Of a stretch of 17,726 nt of DNA, positions 1 to 8,916 are shown piece after piece (positions within the stretch are counted from its first letter, which is position 1; each line of letters opens with the position of its first letter). Made by a program: the position numbers and the translations under genes. Where the stretch lies: the IMG/VR virus record IMGVR_UViG_2778261034_000021; one strand, given 5' to 3'. The notes beneath the pieces were generated by a model. It saw only the letters and a list, made by a program, of their open reading frames with translations. It was not told the DNA's origin and ran no database searches. The stretch comes from a virus. Lineage: Duplodnaviria > Heunggongvirae > Uroviricota > Caudoviricetes.

Positions 1-1236
1 CTACGATAGCCGCGCATTCAACATGGCTACCTGTTCGTCGTTCATATCATCAATCCACATACCGTAAATTTCATACACCATCTGCGCAGTTTCATGCCCC
101 ATCTGGCTGGCTATAAATGCCGGGTTCGCTCCTGCCGTCAACAGCCAGCAGGCAAAAGTATGCCGCGTATGGTACGGATTACGGCGGCGAATACCAGCAC
201 GTTTTACTGCTGCATTCCACCTTGCCCCCAAACTGCTTACCGAGTAATAAGGTTTCTGTTTTCCGTTACACACCCTGGGCATGAAAACAAAATGCAGTTT
301 TTGCTTTTCGGTTCTGCCGTACTCCCGATGATAAAAGGTGATTTCGCTTTTGCGATGATGCCCGGTCAGTTTGTATTGCACCTTCAGTGCTTCAAGAGCA
401 GGCTGCAGTAATGTTACTGTCCGGATCCCGGCATTTGTTTTTGGGGGACCGAACATATCCAGTATCGTCAGGTTTCTTCTGACATTCACAGTTCCCTTCT
501 CGAAATCCACATCCTCCCACGCCAGAGCTGCCAGTTCCCCGTGACGAAGCCCGGAGTAAACGGCAAATTTCCACAAGTTTTGGCTCTGTCCTTTTTCACT
601 TTCCATTAATGCATTGAATTCTGTTTTAGATAACGGGTCAGGCTTTATTCTGTTTCGCTGTAATTTTTTTACTCCTTCAAATGGTTTGGTTGATATAAAT
701 CCCGACTGATACGCAAAACGTAACAGCGAACAGAGCAGGGCGATATAGTTATCAACTGTGCGCACGGTTCTTCCTTTTTTGTTGGATCTTGGATTATCCA
801 GGTAAAGCGTTTCTCCATGCAGCAGTTCATTCCGGTAGTTTAAGATATCGCTATAACGAATATATGATATCGGGGTACTTTCACAAATTATTATTCTGAG
901 TGTTTTTAATTGTGATTTCGTTTTCTTCATTGTGTTTGTTGTTAACTCTGTCTCTTTAATTTTTGTCCAGATATCACAAAGCTCCCCGAACGTTTTTATG
1001 ACTCTCGTTGTCACCATTTTTGCCCCAGTGCTGGACTGGGGAAAACGTCTTAAATACTCAAATTCACCGGAGTTTATTTCATGAACTATCAGCGCTCTTA
1101 AATTTCCGGCCTTTTTAATATTACTGTTTGTAATCTCCCAGCCTTTTAATGTTTCCCGACATCGTTTTCCTCGAAACATGAACCAGATGCGAATGTTTCT
1201 ACCTCTAATCTCGACACCTGTTGGTAATTTAGACAT
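1..1236 (-). CDS. intR: Tyrosine site-specific recombinase (phage integrase), Rac IntR type; complete 411 aa with stop codon at window positions 1-3
   Basis: Minus-strand ORF from the track. C-terminal region (HTRHTFACWLLTAGANPAFIASQMGHETAQMVYEIY) has the His/Arg/Tyr arrangement typical of tyrosine recombinases. Sits immediately downstream of an excisionase-like gene, 2 nt apart. Recognised from memory as IntR-like; not verified by search. Confidence 0.9.
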   Translation of the reverse strand: MSKLPTGVEIRGRNIRIWFMFRGKRCRETLKGWEITNSNIKKAGNLRALIVHEINSGEFEYLRRFPQSSTGAKMVTTRVIKTFGELCDIWTKIKETELTTNTMKKTKSQLKTLRIIICESTPISYIRYSDILNYRNELLHGETLYLDNPRSNKKGRTVRTVDNYIALLCSLLRFAYQSGFISTKPFEGVKKLQRNRIKPDPLSKTEFNALMESEKGQSQNLWKFAVYSGLRHGELAALAWEDVDFEKGTVNVRRNLTILDMFGPPKTNAGIRTVTLLQPALEALKVQYKLTGHHRKSEITFYHREYGRTEKQKLHFVFMPRVCNGKQKPYYSVSSLGARWNAAVKRAGIRRRNPYHTRHTFACWLLTAGANPAFIASQMGHETAQMVYEIYGMWIDDMNDEQVAMLNARLS

Positions 1237-1237
1237 A

Positions 1238-1453
1238 TCATGAGTCTTTGATAAACTGATTTATCTTTGGATAGTTGTACCAGATAATCCCTCGTTTGCT
1301 GTCTGGCTTACCTAAAGGAGATACTCGTTTGAAGTGGAAGCCCTCCACCCAACAGTTCTGGCGGTATGCTTCAATTTGTCTGGCCCCCAGACCAGTGCGA
1401 AGCATCAGGCCGTATTCAACCATCCACTCTTCATTAAAGATTACTTGTGCCAT
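1238..1453 (-). CDS. xisR: Excisionase-like protein (71 aa)
   Basis: ORF-track frame 1238..1477, trimmed to the internal ATG at 1453 ([15 protein letters not shown]...). That ATG is preceded on the minus strand by AGAGG about 7 nt upstream. Position directly upstream of int, as for lambda xis. Confidence 0.7.
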   Translation of the reverse strand: MAQVIFNEEWMVEYGLMLRTGLGARQIEAYRQNCWVEGFHFKRVSPLGKPDSKRGIIWYNYPKINQFIKDS

Positions 1454-1552
1454 CGCATCACCTCTGGCAGGCGCCAATGTTAGACTGAAATTGACGCCTG
1501 ATGTTGATTATTAATAATCAGCTATGAAGTTTTAATTTGTATATAATGCAAC

Positions 1553-1741
1553 TCACGAGGACAGAAGTTTCTCGCAATTAAAATTTATCAGCTTTACTTT
1601 CTGCTCTCTGGACACGCCTGCTTCTTTTTTCCCTGAGAGCATTTTTTCGCATTCTGATTTCGTTAATTTAGATTTTGAATATCTTGTCCAGTTAGTAGGA
1701 GTGCCACCTTCTTTTTCAATAGTGGCAGTTATTTTATACAT
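1553..1741 (-). CDS. Small prophage protein, YdaC-like, function unknown (62 aa)
   Basis: ORF-track frame 1553..1813, trimmed to the ATG at 1741 (MYKITATIEKEGG...), which has a GGAGG about 5 nt upstream. Overlaps the 3' end of ralR by 8 nt. Assignment is from memory of Rac gene order. Confidence 0.45.
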   Translation of the reverse strand: MYKITATIEKEGGTPTNWTRYSKSKLTKSECEKMLSGKKEAGVSREQKVKLINFNCEKLLSS

Positions 1742-1928
1742 GAACACCTCCATTATTATTTCCAGTAGTTCGTTTATTCCATCTTTCGAGTGCTTCTTTT
1801 TCACTTCCACCATAGCCAGTTCGGGATTCGCATCCGTTGCATTTTGCCCGGTAATATCCTGAAATTGCTTTCACCGTAACAGATGGACAACCACAAAACG
1901 GACATGGTTTAACATCGTCATATCTCAT
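1734..1928 (-). CDS. ralR: Restriction-alleviation protein Lar/RalR (64 aa), reported as the toxin of the RalR/RalA type I pair
   Basis: ORF-track frame 1734..1967, trimmed to the ATG at 1928. Translation MRYDDVKPCPFCGCPSVTVKAISGYYRAKCNGCESRTGYGGSEKEALERWNKRTTGNNNGGVHV is cysteine-rich (CPFCGC ... CNGC) and matches my recollection of Rac RalR. Confidence 0.8.
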   Translation of the reverse strand: MRYDDVKPCPFCGCPSVTVKAISGYYRAKCNGCESRTGYGGSEKEALERWNKRTTGNNNGGVHV

Positions 1929-1984
1929 AATTTTTGTCATAAAAACTGTCTCGCGTTGGCGGTGCATTACACCGCCAGGCTGAA

Positions 1985-2794
1985 TTATTCTTCTGAATTA
2001 TCGATCACACTGTATTCCCCGGTTAATACAGAGGAGTCTGCCGGATCGATTGTCAGTGGTTCCTTTTCATCCATTGATACTGCACGCTGGATTTCAATTG
2101 AGACAGGCAGGTATTTAAACAGGCGACGAATAGCCGTTTTTTTTGCCATTTCTTCCCAGTGAGTTACCCATGGCCCGTTATTACCAGCCTTACTCTGGCT
2201 GCGCACCAGTTCAATCTGTTTGCGCGTCATAACTTCAAACTGAGTCCCTCCGTCTTTCAGTCTTGCGACAGCATAGACGTGGGTAACCGGGGCATCTTCG
2301 TTTTCTCCCGGGCGGTGTATTAACTTTTCATCAAGGCCAAATTCGAAGCTAAACTCGTCACCTTCACGGACAACACGGGCTGACAGGCTGGCGATTTGAC
2401 CAGAACGGCGAGCCAGATCAATCATGCCGCGATAGCCAATGATTAGCTGAACGTTTTTTTTACCGCTCTTTTCGTTTTTATTACCAAAAGGCAGTAAATA
2501 TGCATGACCGAGAGCGCTACCGGGCTCAAGCCCGAGCTGTGAACACTGTACGATTGCACTGACAAAACTCATAGTGTCACAGTTTCCTAACGCCGGAACT
2601 TTACGAATTTCTGTGGTGGCGATACGGATCATACGTTCAGCCGTCATATGGCGTGGAAGAGCTGCTGCCAGTTGCTCTTTCATTGATGGCTGGTTAATAA
2701 AACTAATCACGTCGTTATTTTTAATTGCTGCTGGTGCACGGTTTCCCTGAGTTTTTTGCAGATCGGCTTTTGCGATTGGTGGTTGCTTAGTCAT
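1985..2794 (-). CDS. recT: RecT single-strand annealing protein (269 aa)
   Basis: ORF-track frame 1985..2851, trimmed to the ATG at 2794 ([28 protein letters not shown]...), with AAGGA about 8 nt upstream. Lies directly downstream of recE (stop 2787-2789). Confidence 0.9.
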   Translation of the reverse strand: MTKQPPIAKADLQKTQGNRAPAAIKNNDVISFINQPSMKEQLAAALPRHMTAERMIRIATTEIRKVPALGNCDTMSFVSAIVQCSQLGLEPGSALGHAYLLPFGNKNEKSGKKNVQLIIGYRGMIDLARRSGQIASLSARVVREGDEFSFEFGLDEKLIHRPGENEDAPVTHVYAVARLKDGGTQFEVMTRKQIELVRSQSKAGNNGPWVTHWEEMAKKTAIRRLFKYLPVSIEIQRAVSMDEKEPLTIDPADSSVLTGEYSVIDNSEE

Positions 2795-5456
2795 TTGCAT
2801 ATTCCTTAGCCCAGCGGGGCAGTGATAACGTCTTAATAGCTGGCCATTCATTGGTATTGAGGCAGTCAGCCAGGGTTCGCAGATTGCGGTGATATTCCAG
2901 CTGACCTGCCAGTTTTGCTTCTTCGCCCATCATGAAAATTTCAACCGGATAACGTCCGCATTCAATAGTTGTGCTGGCAACCAGAAAAACGAAAGTTGGC
3001 TGCACTCCAAACTGTGCTTCATAACCGTCACTGTAGAATGCATCCTGAACGTGATAGCGGTAGTCGTAATAAGCGGTTTTGAATCGTTGAATATCCGCCG
3101 TAGTTTTCACGTCCATGATCCAGTGAAATTCAGGGATAATTTTGTCCGGACGGCACCGACACAAAATTCCTGTTTCAGGATCTTCCCAGTAAATTGATGA
3201 TTCAGCGTGTCCGGCGCTTTCAACAAGCCATTGCCCCAGCGGCAAAGCCATAACGCTTTGATACATGAGTTCAATTTTCAGACCTTCTTCCGCAGTGATA
3301 ACCGTTTTTCCTGTGCTTGCGCATTCCATCAGAAACGCTTTCTCTTCTTCTTTTCCGGCGTTTGTACGGCGGTTAAATTCAGGTGCTACGATAAAGCGGT
3401 TACTGAATTCTTCCGGTTCAAGTACCCGGCAGTGGAAAGCGGTTCCTAAATCGAGCGTTTTTGTCTTTGTGTTGTCCACGGGGGCATTTTTACGCCACAA
3501 ATACAGTGCCGGAGTATCAGCAATGTCATCGAGCTGAGACTTACTGACACCGGGACCTACGTGGTAATTCTCATTCGAAATTCCGTAATAAATACCTGGC
3601 TCTATGTCTTCTACGATTACGGGATCTGCGACTTCGCCAGTTTCATCACTGCAATCGCGATGCGGATCGCTGCCAGCATTCTCATTGTGCGGATGTTCAG
3701 CGCCTTCCATTTCCTCCGGATCATTTTCCTTAGCTTCAACCTGATTCTCTTCATCGAATGTTTCCTGGTATGTTGCGTCGCCCATCACCGCGCCACAATC
3801 AGGGCAGTTGCCGCCACTCCTCTGGCCGCAGGCGGTGCAGATCTTTTCCGGTTCCTGTTGCACTACTGGTTCAGGTTGTTTCGTTTCTGGCTCGTTTTGT
3901 TGCGTATTTGGGCTGTTCTGTTCCGCTTTCTGGTCGTTCTGTTCCGTTTCTGGCTGATTCTGGTACACAGAATCGCGGGTCTGGATCCCCTTAATCCATT
4001 TCGGATCATTCGGGTCGCTAATCCCTTCAACAAATTCTCCGCGAGAGGCAGCCAGCAATTTGTCGGCATCGACAGGATTTTTGGGCGGAATGGTTTTCCG
4101 GGCTTCATGGAGTTCTGCCCGCAGTTTCTGATATTTCGCATCAACAGAATTTACCTGTGACTGAGCATCCAGCGGCTGCGTGTCCTGATGATGTTCAGTT
4201 GCATCCGGTTCCACTGTTTCAGCCGTTGCCTGTTTATCTGCCATTGCGCAAGATGGTTGCGGTTTTTCTTCACCATCGTGTTTTCCTTCTTCTGTTACAC
4301 GCTGCGGCATCGGGGCAGAGGAACGACCGCAGGCAATATCCACGATTTCCGGATCAGGGTTGGCATGATCGGTTTCAATCAGCACCTTGTTCAGATATTC
4401 AGTGACATGCGCAGGGATAACCTCGATCCCAATTGGTGCTTCTTTTACGGACGCAACCACGATGGCGCGGGAATAATCCAGCCCGCCAGGCATGGTGATG
4501 AATTTGTCGCGGAAAACAGAAAAGGGCGGTTTATTTTCAGCGATAATTTCCTCGACACGTTTAGCGTGTGCCGGATGAAGGTTATAAATATCCACATCCA
4601 TTGAACGGGCCAGAACGCCGGTGGCTACATCTCGTGCGAGTGATGTCTTATCATGTTTGAATCCTTCACCACGATCGGTAATATTTCCGCCGCCAGCGTT
4701 AGCGCCGGATGGCGTGCGGCTGATGCGTGAAACACGATTTCCTTTCATCCACTCTTTTGTAAGCAGACCGCGATCGGTGTAGTCAGCGCCCAGGTATGCT
4801 TCGATAAAAGAGGTCATCAGTCCCAGGTCCGAATTTACGGGGGCGGGGAAAACTTTGTCAGTGTCTCGCACCAGTTTGTACAAATCCCGAATCTCCAGCG
4901 GTTCGAGTTGCACTGCTTTATTTGAGATGGCCAGCGCGGTAACGGCGGGAAGTTTTTCATCCTGTGCGTTATGTAATGCGCGCAGTTTGTCCAGTGAAAC
5001 GTGCGTGAGCGGTTTTTCGCTGTTGTGTTGCGCCAGCCAGCGAACAGGCAGAATCTGACCTGAAACCGGAAGAAGCATATTCTCCTCAATCTTAGCCATG
5101 TCTTCGCCGTTGACGTTGGTATTGTCAGTACTGGCTGGTTTGTCCGGAACAGAGGGCGCGATAAGTATCATTGTGATACCATCTTCTCCGCCTTTTTCGT
5201 ATCGGTTGCAGAATTCAGTATCAAACACACCTTCCGGTGGAAGGTCATTCACAACGGGTAAATGGACGCGGATGGGTTTTTTAAAATCCTCTTCGTCAAA
5301 TCCGGCATCGTCCATTGCAGCAATGCAGCGTGAAACCGCAACAGAAAGTTTTTTTGCCTCTGTCCAGAAAAAGCCGCCTTTGATGCCGAGGCGTTTTCTG
5401 GTTTTATCATTTTTCGCGTCGCAATACAGAGCGTAATTTTCTTTATCAGTACTCAT
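2787..5456 (-). CDS. recE: RecE exonuclease VIII (889 aa) with acidic/Gln-rich linker and C-terminal nuclease region
   Basis: Long minus-strand ORF. GAGG about 8 nt upstream of the ATG at 5456. Central and C-terminal segments (e.g. [61 protein letters not shown]) recognised as RecE-like. Plus-strand ORFs inside this span are antisense shadows. Confidence 0.9.
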   Translation of the reverse strand: MSTDKENYALYCDAKNDKTRKRLGIKGGFFWTEAKKLSVAVSRCIAAMDDAGFDEEDFKKPIRVHLPVVNDLPPEGVFDTEFCNRYEKGGEDGITMILIAPSVPDKPASTDNTNVNGEDMAKIEENMLLPVSGQILPVRWLAQHNSEKPLTHVSLDKLRALHNAQDEKLPAVTALAISNKAVQLEPLEIRDLYKLVRDTDKVFPAPVNSDLGLMTSFIEAYLGADYTDRGLLTKEWMKGNRVSRISRTPSGANAGGGNITDRGEGFKHDKTSLARDVATGVLARSMDVDIYNLHPAHAKRVEEIIAENKPPFSVFRDKFITMPGGLDYSRAIVVASVKEAPIGIEVIPAHVTEYLNKVLIETDHANPDPEIVDIACGRSSAPMPQRVTEEGKHDGEEKPQPSCAMADKQATAETVEPDATEHHQDTQPLDAQSQVNSVDAKYQKLRAELHEARKTIPPKNPVDADKLLAASRGEFVEGISDPNDPKWIKGIQTRDSVYQNQPETEQNDQKAEQNSPNTQQNEPETKQPEPVVQQEPEKICTACGQRSGGNCPDCGAVMGDATYQETFDEENQVEAKENDPEEMEGAEHPHNENAGSDPHRDCSDETGEVADPVIVEDIEPGIYYGISNENYHVGPGVSKSQLDDIADTPALYLWRKNAPVDNTKTKTLDLGTAFHCRVLEPEEFSNRFIVAPEFNRRTNAGKEEEKAFLMECASTGKTVITAEEGLKIELMYQSVMALPLGQWLVESAGHAESSIYWEDPETGILCRCRPDKIIPEFHWIMDVKTTADIQRFKTAYYDYRYHVQDAFYSDGYEAQFGVQPTFVFLVASTTIECGRYPVEIFMMGEEAKLAGQLEYHRNLRTLADCLNTNEWPAIKTLSLPRWAKEYAND

Positions 5457-5536
5457 TGATAAACCTCATAACTATTTTAAGGTTGAGCGAACCCCTGCCA
5501 TTGCTGGCATAAATTCAGTTTCGAATAGTCAGTTAG

Positions 5537-5707
5537 TTAAAGTTCGTGTGCCATCTGGTCTTTTTCGGCACAATTTTCACTACAATATTTTTTCATTTCC
5601 GTCGTTGGGATAACTCCACGCATGAAATGAAGTGGTCTTTTAATACTTTTGCTTTCTTCAATTCCTTTATTGCAAAGGTGGTAAGCACATTTTATTTTCT
5701 TAGTCAT
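5537..5707 (-). CDS. ydaE: YdaE-like small Cys-rich (putative zinc-binding) protein, 56 aa
   Basis: Not in the ORF track (below its length cutoff); translated by hand: [56 protein letters not shown]. Has two Cys pairs (C-x4-C and C-x3-C). Its ATG overlaps the kilR stop as ATGA. Confidence 0.55.
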   Translation of the reverse strand: MTKKIKCAYHLCNKGIEESKSIKRPLHFMRGVIPTTEMKKYCSENCAEKDQMAHEL

Positions 5708-5928
5708 CACCATGACTCCGCCTTTACAGGTAAACCATCACGACCGAGGAAGACTTTAATCATGCAGTCAGAAATGCATGTTTTTGTAGTCAGGCTACGA
5801 ATATAAAGTTTTCGCTTTTTAATATTGTTTGCCGAGGCGATATATGTCCGACCTTCATGAAGAACATAATCGCCAGGAGTCACACACTGACGTGGTATTT
5901 CATCAGTTCCGAAGTGATGAGCAATCAT
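5707..5928 (-). CDS. kilR: KilR-like killing protein of Rac (73 aa)
   Basis: ORF-track frame. Strong RBS on the minus strand (AAGGAG about 7 nt upstream of the ATG at 5928). Translation [35 protein letters not shown]... recognised from memory as KilR-like. Confidence 0.7.
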   Translation of the reverse strand: MIAHHFGTDEIPRQCVTPGDYVLHEGRTYIASANNIKKRKLYIRSLTTKTCISDCMIKVFLGRDGLPVKAESW

Positions 5929-5974
5929 AATTATCTCCTTAATAAATTTCTCGTATTAAGAAAATTCCAGAAAA

Positions 5975-6529
5975 CTATTTAATACTCAGCAACTGCTCGA
6001 CGGTCATATTTTTAATTGCGCTTCGGTTTACAAGAGTCCAGCCCTGTTTCTCCAGATAAAGGCGGAAAGTGTCCAGGGTACAGACGAGAGCGCCATCAGG
6101 AACGGTTTCAGTGAATTCGACGTTGCCGAATTTGTCGAAGCGAACAACCAGAGTGCGCCCATCGCCCGGAATGATTTTGTTTGTGGGAGTGGTATTATTC
6201 TGGCGTAGCTCTGCTTCCATGCGGTCGAACTCAGCGATGTAGGCCTCTTTGAATGCAGCGGCTTTTTTGCCAGTGAAACCCATCACCAGGAAAACGAAGC
6301 CGTTTTTGGTGATTTGGTACATTGGGAGTTTGCGCCCGGTTGAGTCGGTGTATTCACTTGGCTTAAAATTAAGCTCAGTGAATTCTGAGGAACATTCCAG
6401 AGCTTCAATTTTTTGAATGACGTTTTTATGCAGCTTGCGGAAAAACTCTGCAACTGCAACAGACGTAGTGACAGCACGACCATTTTCGATGGTTACGTCA
6501 GGGTGAGAAAGGGTAGGGATAGTAGCCAT
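5975..6529 (-). CDS. Rha-family phage regulatory protein / putative anti-repressor (184 aa)
   Basis: ORF-track frame 5975..6823. The conserved Rha-type N-terminal segment (TIENGRAVTTSVAVAEFFRKLHKNVIQKI) begins just after the internal ATG at 6529, which has GAGG about 9 nt upstream. The upstream extension to 6823 looks non-coding and contains a terminator-like hairpin. Confidence 0.7.
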   Translation of the reverse strand: MATIPTLSHPDVTIENGRAVTTSVAVAEFFRKLHKNVIQKIEALECSSEFTELNFKPSEYTDSTGRKLPMYQITKNGFVFLVMGFTGKKAAAFKEAYIAEFDRMEAELRQNNTTPTNKIIPGDGRTLVVRFDKFGNVEFTETVPDGALVCTLDTFRLYLEKQGWTLVNRSAIKNMTVEQLLSIK

Positions 6530-6693
6530 GATGGCAGCCTCTAGTGATAAGTTGGTAAACTCACCACCGGAGGTGCAAATCTCATGGGTGGTGAGACGTA
6601 CAGGGTTTGCACTACCGGTCACTAGAGAATCCGGCCCGCCCGAAAACGGCCCCATACGCCCCACCATAATCTGAATGTGGCTGCGCTTTACGC

Positions 6694-6718
6694 ATAAAAA
6701 AACCGCTTTGGCGCGGTT
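6694..6718 (-). terminator. Candidate intrinsic terminator (minus strand)
   Basis: AACCGC-N6-GCGGTT hairpin (6701-6718) nested in a CGCATAA/TTATGCG outer inverted repeat. On the minus strand it is followed by the complement of the A-run at 6696-6700. Confidence 0.3.
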
Positions 6719-7234
6719 ATGCGCTCTAGTGATCATCGGGGTGCAAATCCCGGCACCCGTTTTATGAGGTGCAGGTGCACTATAATTCCACCCGTTCTGG
6801 TTTTCAATAGCTACATCCAACATTTTCTCTCACCTTTCATCACTGAAGTGAACTTTGTTGATGCGGTGCCTGGTGCCTCCAGGTGACGTTAACCAGTTAA
6901 CAATTAACGCCGGATAATCCACCCATAACACTGATGCTTTTAACTGTGCCGCGTGCGCTCAGCCGCATTCACCGCATCACAAAATTCACTTTAAAAAGGG
7001 GCGGCAGGGCAGCCACGGAGTAGAACTGATGCCGCCAAGACTACACACAGCAATGTCGTTATTTACAACCGGAGGCGCACTCCCACCATTTAAATTTAAC
7101 AGACAAGACCGACTCTTTATGGATATCGGAAATGCGCCTTCGTGTTGTGCCCGGTTTTATTTCACCACCTCCGGGCTTTGGTGGCCTCGGCTATACCCCT
7201 ACAGCAAGAATATTGAATTAATCCAATAAATGGT

Positions 7235-7387
7235 TTAGCTGGTATTTTTGGCAAGCCAGCGACGTGCGCCAGCTTCGGTTTTAAACGATTTGCTTTTGGT
7301 ATACGTCATGGCGGTGAATGTGCCGTCCTGATTGGGAAACACGCCACATACCAGAGATTCGTTGTTGCCAAGATCGATAGTATCCAT
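7235..7387 (-). CDS. ydaF: YdaF/YdfA-like small prophage protein (50 aa)
   Basis: ORF-track frame 7235..7450, trimmed to the ATG at 7387 (MDTIDLGNNESLVCGVFPNQDGTFTAMTYTKSK...), with GAGG about 6 nt upstream. Confidence 0.6.
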   Translation of the reverse strand: MDTIDLGNNESLVCGVFPNQDGTFTAMTYTKSKSFKTEAGARRWLAKNTS

Positions 7388-7638
7388 GTTGACCTCATTT
7401 CCCCTTAACGCCGGGTGGCGGAACGTTTTATCTACTGCGCTTTGTATCAATCAACAACTGCCGTCATGTTCGTATGCCTCAGGCTGGCTACTTAGCCCTG
7501 TTCAGTGGCTGGATAACTCGAGGTATTGTCCTGCCGTTCTCTGGTGGGGCGTTGTTTGGATATGCTTATTAAACACAATGCGTTTTCTTGTGTCAACACG
7601 AAATGTGTTTTGTGGTGGGTGTCATATGATGATGGTAC

Positions 7639-7663
7639 AAAAAAAGCCCGCTGATAGCGGGCT
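7639..7663 (-). terminator. Rho-independent terminator downstream of the repressor gene (minus strand)
   Basis: AGCCCGC-TGATA-GCGGGCT hairpin (7645-7663). The A-run at 7639-7645 on the plus strand becomes a U-run after the stem on the minus-strand transcript. Lies about 30 nt past the repressor stop (7694-7696). Confidence 0.6.
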
Positions 7664-7693
7664 GATTGGCATATTACTGTGATAGCAAGATCA

Positions 7694-8113
7694 TTACTCC
7701 GGTGGGGGATTATCTTTAAGCCTGCCTCTCAAATATTTTTCTACATACTCATCGATTTCTTTTAGCCGGACTTCAAATAGCTCAATCATTCGTTGTTGTT
7801 CTGAGCCCGGTAGCTGGTTAAACAACTCAAGAAGTTTTCGTTGGGATTCATTTAACCACAATTCAGAAGATTCCTGTTCTCCAAAGAGGAGCTCAGGAGG
7901 AGATATGCCAAGTGCCTTTCCCAATACGACAGCGTCATGCACTCCAACATTTCTGCTACCCGCCTCATAGTTACCTATACGCGATTGCGTCCATCCGCAG
8001 ATTTCAGCAAGTTTTCCTTGAGATAAACCAAGCTTCTGCCTGCGCTCTTTAAGACGCATTGCAATTTTGTCATTGAGCCTACTAGCGGCAATTTTTTCGT
8101 TTTCTTTTTCCAT
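7694..8113 (-). CDS. XRE-family HTH repressor (CI-like, 139 aa), no LexA/S24-type autopeptidase domain evident
   Basis: HTH segment LGLSQGKLAEICGWTQSRIGNYEAG. AAGGA 4 nt upstream of the ATG at 8113. Divergent from a Cro-like gene across a 96-bp region containing palindromes. Too short for a C-terminal S24 peptidase domain. Confidence 0.75.
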   Translation of the reverse strand: MEKENEKIAASRLNDKIAMRLKERRQKLGLSQGKLAEICGWTQSRIGNYEAGSRNVGVHDAVVLGKALGISPPELLFGEQESSELWLNESQRKLLELFNQLPGSEQQRMIELFEVRLKEIDEYVEKYLRGRLKDNPPPE

Positions 8114-8124
8114 TGCATCCTTGT

Positions 8125-8139
8125 ATCACGAATCGTGAT
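8125..8139. promoter_or_regulatory. Operator-like palindrome ATCACG-aat-CGTGAT
   Basis: Perfect 6-bp inverted arms with a 3-bp centre, 12 bp upstream of the repressor start codon in the divergent intergenic region. Confidence 0.5.
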
Positions 8140-8160
8140 TTACACAAAACACAAAACAGC

Positions 8161-8191
8161 TTGACCATATAACACAAGATGTGTTTAAAAT
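8161..8191 (+). promoter_or_regulatory. Candidate rightward promoter for the Cro-like gene
   Basis: TTGACC at 8161-8166 as a -35 element and TAAAAT at 8186-8191 (or TTTAAA at 8184-8189) as a -10 element. GGAGG at 8199-8203 precedes the ATG at 8210. Spacer is 17-19 bp depending on the -10 choice. Confidence 0.4.
8171..8185. promoter_or_regulatory. Second operator-like palindrome AACACA-aga-TGTGTT overlapping the promoter spacer/-10
   Basis: 6-bp inverted arms with a 3-bp centre. Same AwCACr-N3-yGTGwT pattern as the site at 8125-8139. Confidence 0.45.
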
Positions 8192-8209
8192 TGTCATCGG
8201 AGGTTTTCA

Positions 8210-8452
8210 ATGAACAAAATTTCAACATATCGAAAACAGCTTGGGCTGTCTCAAAGACAACTTGCTGTTCAGTTAGGGTGGATACAAAGCCGACTGGCAA
8301 ATTACGAAGCAAATTTTCGTACCCCTGGACTAGAGGAGTGCAGAAAAATTGTTTCTACCCTTAATCGGCTTGGCGCTCATTGTGGACTTGACGATGTATT
8401 CCCCCCAGACGGTAAGCATAGCGAAAACAGCATAGGAGCGGTTGATTCATGA
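8210..8452 (+). CDS. Cro-like XRE-family HTH regulator (80 aa)
   Basis: HTH segment LGLSQRQLAVQLGWIQSRLANYEAN. GGAGG RBS. Divergent from the repressor. Its stop overlaps the next start as ATGA. Confidence 0.7.
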   Translation: MNKISTYRKQLGLSQRQLAVQLGWIQSRLANYEANFRTPGLEECRKIVSTLNRLGAHCGLDDVFPPDGKHSENSIGAVDS

Positions 8453-8871
8453 AAATCAGGCATGAGCACATCGAATCAGTGCTGTTAGCCCTGGCAGCCG
8501 AAAAAGGGCAGGCGTGGGTCGCTAACGCAATTACTGATGAATATCTGCGCCAGGGGGGCGGCGAATTGCCCCTGGTACCAGGCAAGGACTGGAACAATCA
8601 GCAGAATATCTATCACCGTTGGTTGAAAGGTGAAACGAAAGCGCAAAGGGAAAAAATTCAGAAACTGATCCCTGCGGTTCTGGCAATTCTTCCGCGCGAG
8701 CTGCGTCACCGACTCTGCATCTTCGATACCCTGGAACGCCGTGCATTACTGGCGGCGCAGGAAGCGTTGAGTACGGCAATTGATGCGCATGATGATGCAG
8801 TCCAGGCCGTTTACCGGAAAGCACATTTCAGCGGTGGTGGGTCGCCCGGTGATTCTGTCGTAGTGCATTGA
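8449..8871 (+). CDS. ydaT: YdaT-like protein (140 aa), reported as a functional CII analogue in Rac
   Basis: Translation MKIRHEHIESVLLALAAEKGQAWVANAITDEYLRQGGGELPLVPGKDWNNQQNIYHRWLKG... recognised from memory as YdaT-like. Translationally coupled to the Cro-like gene. Confidence 0.7.
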   Translation: MKIRHEHIESVLLALAAEKGQAWVANAITDEYLRQGGGELPLVPGKDWNNQQNIYHRWLKGETKAQREKIQKLIPAVLAILPRELRHRLCIFDTLERRALLAAQEALSTAIDAHDDAVQAVYRKAHFSGGGSPGDSVVVH

Positions 8872-8916
8872 TTGAAATTAATCGTGCCGGATTGTTTTGT
8901 TCGGTATCAGTTAAAT

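Noticed and set aside
1-60. Prophage attachment site or host junction at the left end
   Set aside because: The window begins at the integrase stop codon, so any att core or host tRNA target lies outside the window and cannot be assessed.
2889-5436. Multiple plus-strand ORFs of 67-199 aa inside the recE span (e.g. 3561..4160, 4188..4604, 5098..5436)
   Set aside because: They lie antisense to a long, well-supported RecE reading frame and translate to low-complexity, repetitive sequence; typical shadow ORFs.
6283-6483. 66-aa minus-strand ORF inside the Rha-like gene
   Set aside because: Alternative frame wholly contained within a better-supported CDS.
6530-6823. N-terminal 98-codon extension of the Rha-like ORF
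   Set aside because: The conserved Rha-type domain starts right after the internal ATG at 6529, which has an RBS. The extension has atypical composition and contains a terminator-like hairpin, so it is probably stop-free by chance.
7029-7229. 66-aa plus-strand ORF (MPPRLHTAMSLFTTGG...)
   Set aside because: No RBS, odd composition and no recognisable motif; kept only as part of the unexplained 6530-7234 interval.
7332-7682. 116-aa plus-strand ORF overlapping the ydaF-like gene and the terminator
   Set aside because: Antisense to the ydaF-like gene and runs through a terminator hairpin; no RBS.
8082-8871. Several ORFs overlapping the repressor, Cro-like and ydaT genes on either strand (8082..8312, 8179..8364, 8361..8597, 8485..8709, 8531..8824)
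   Set aside because: Each overlaps a gene with clear HTH or recognised sequence and a proper RBS; none has independent support.
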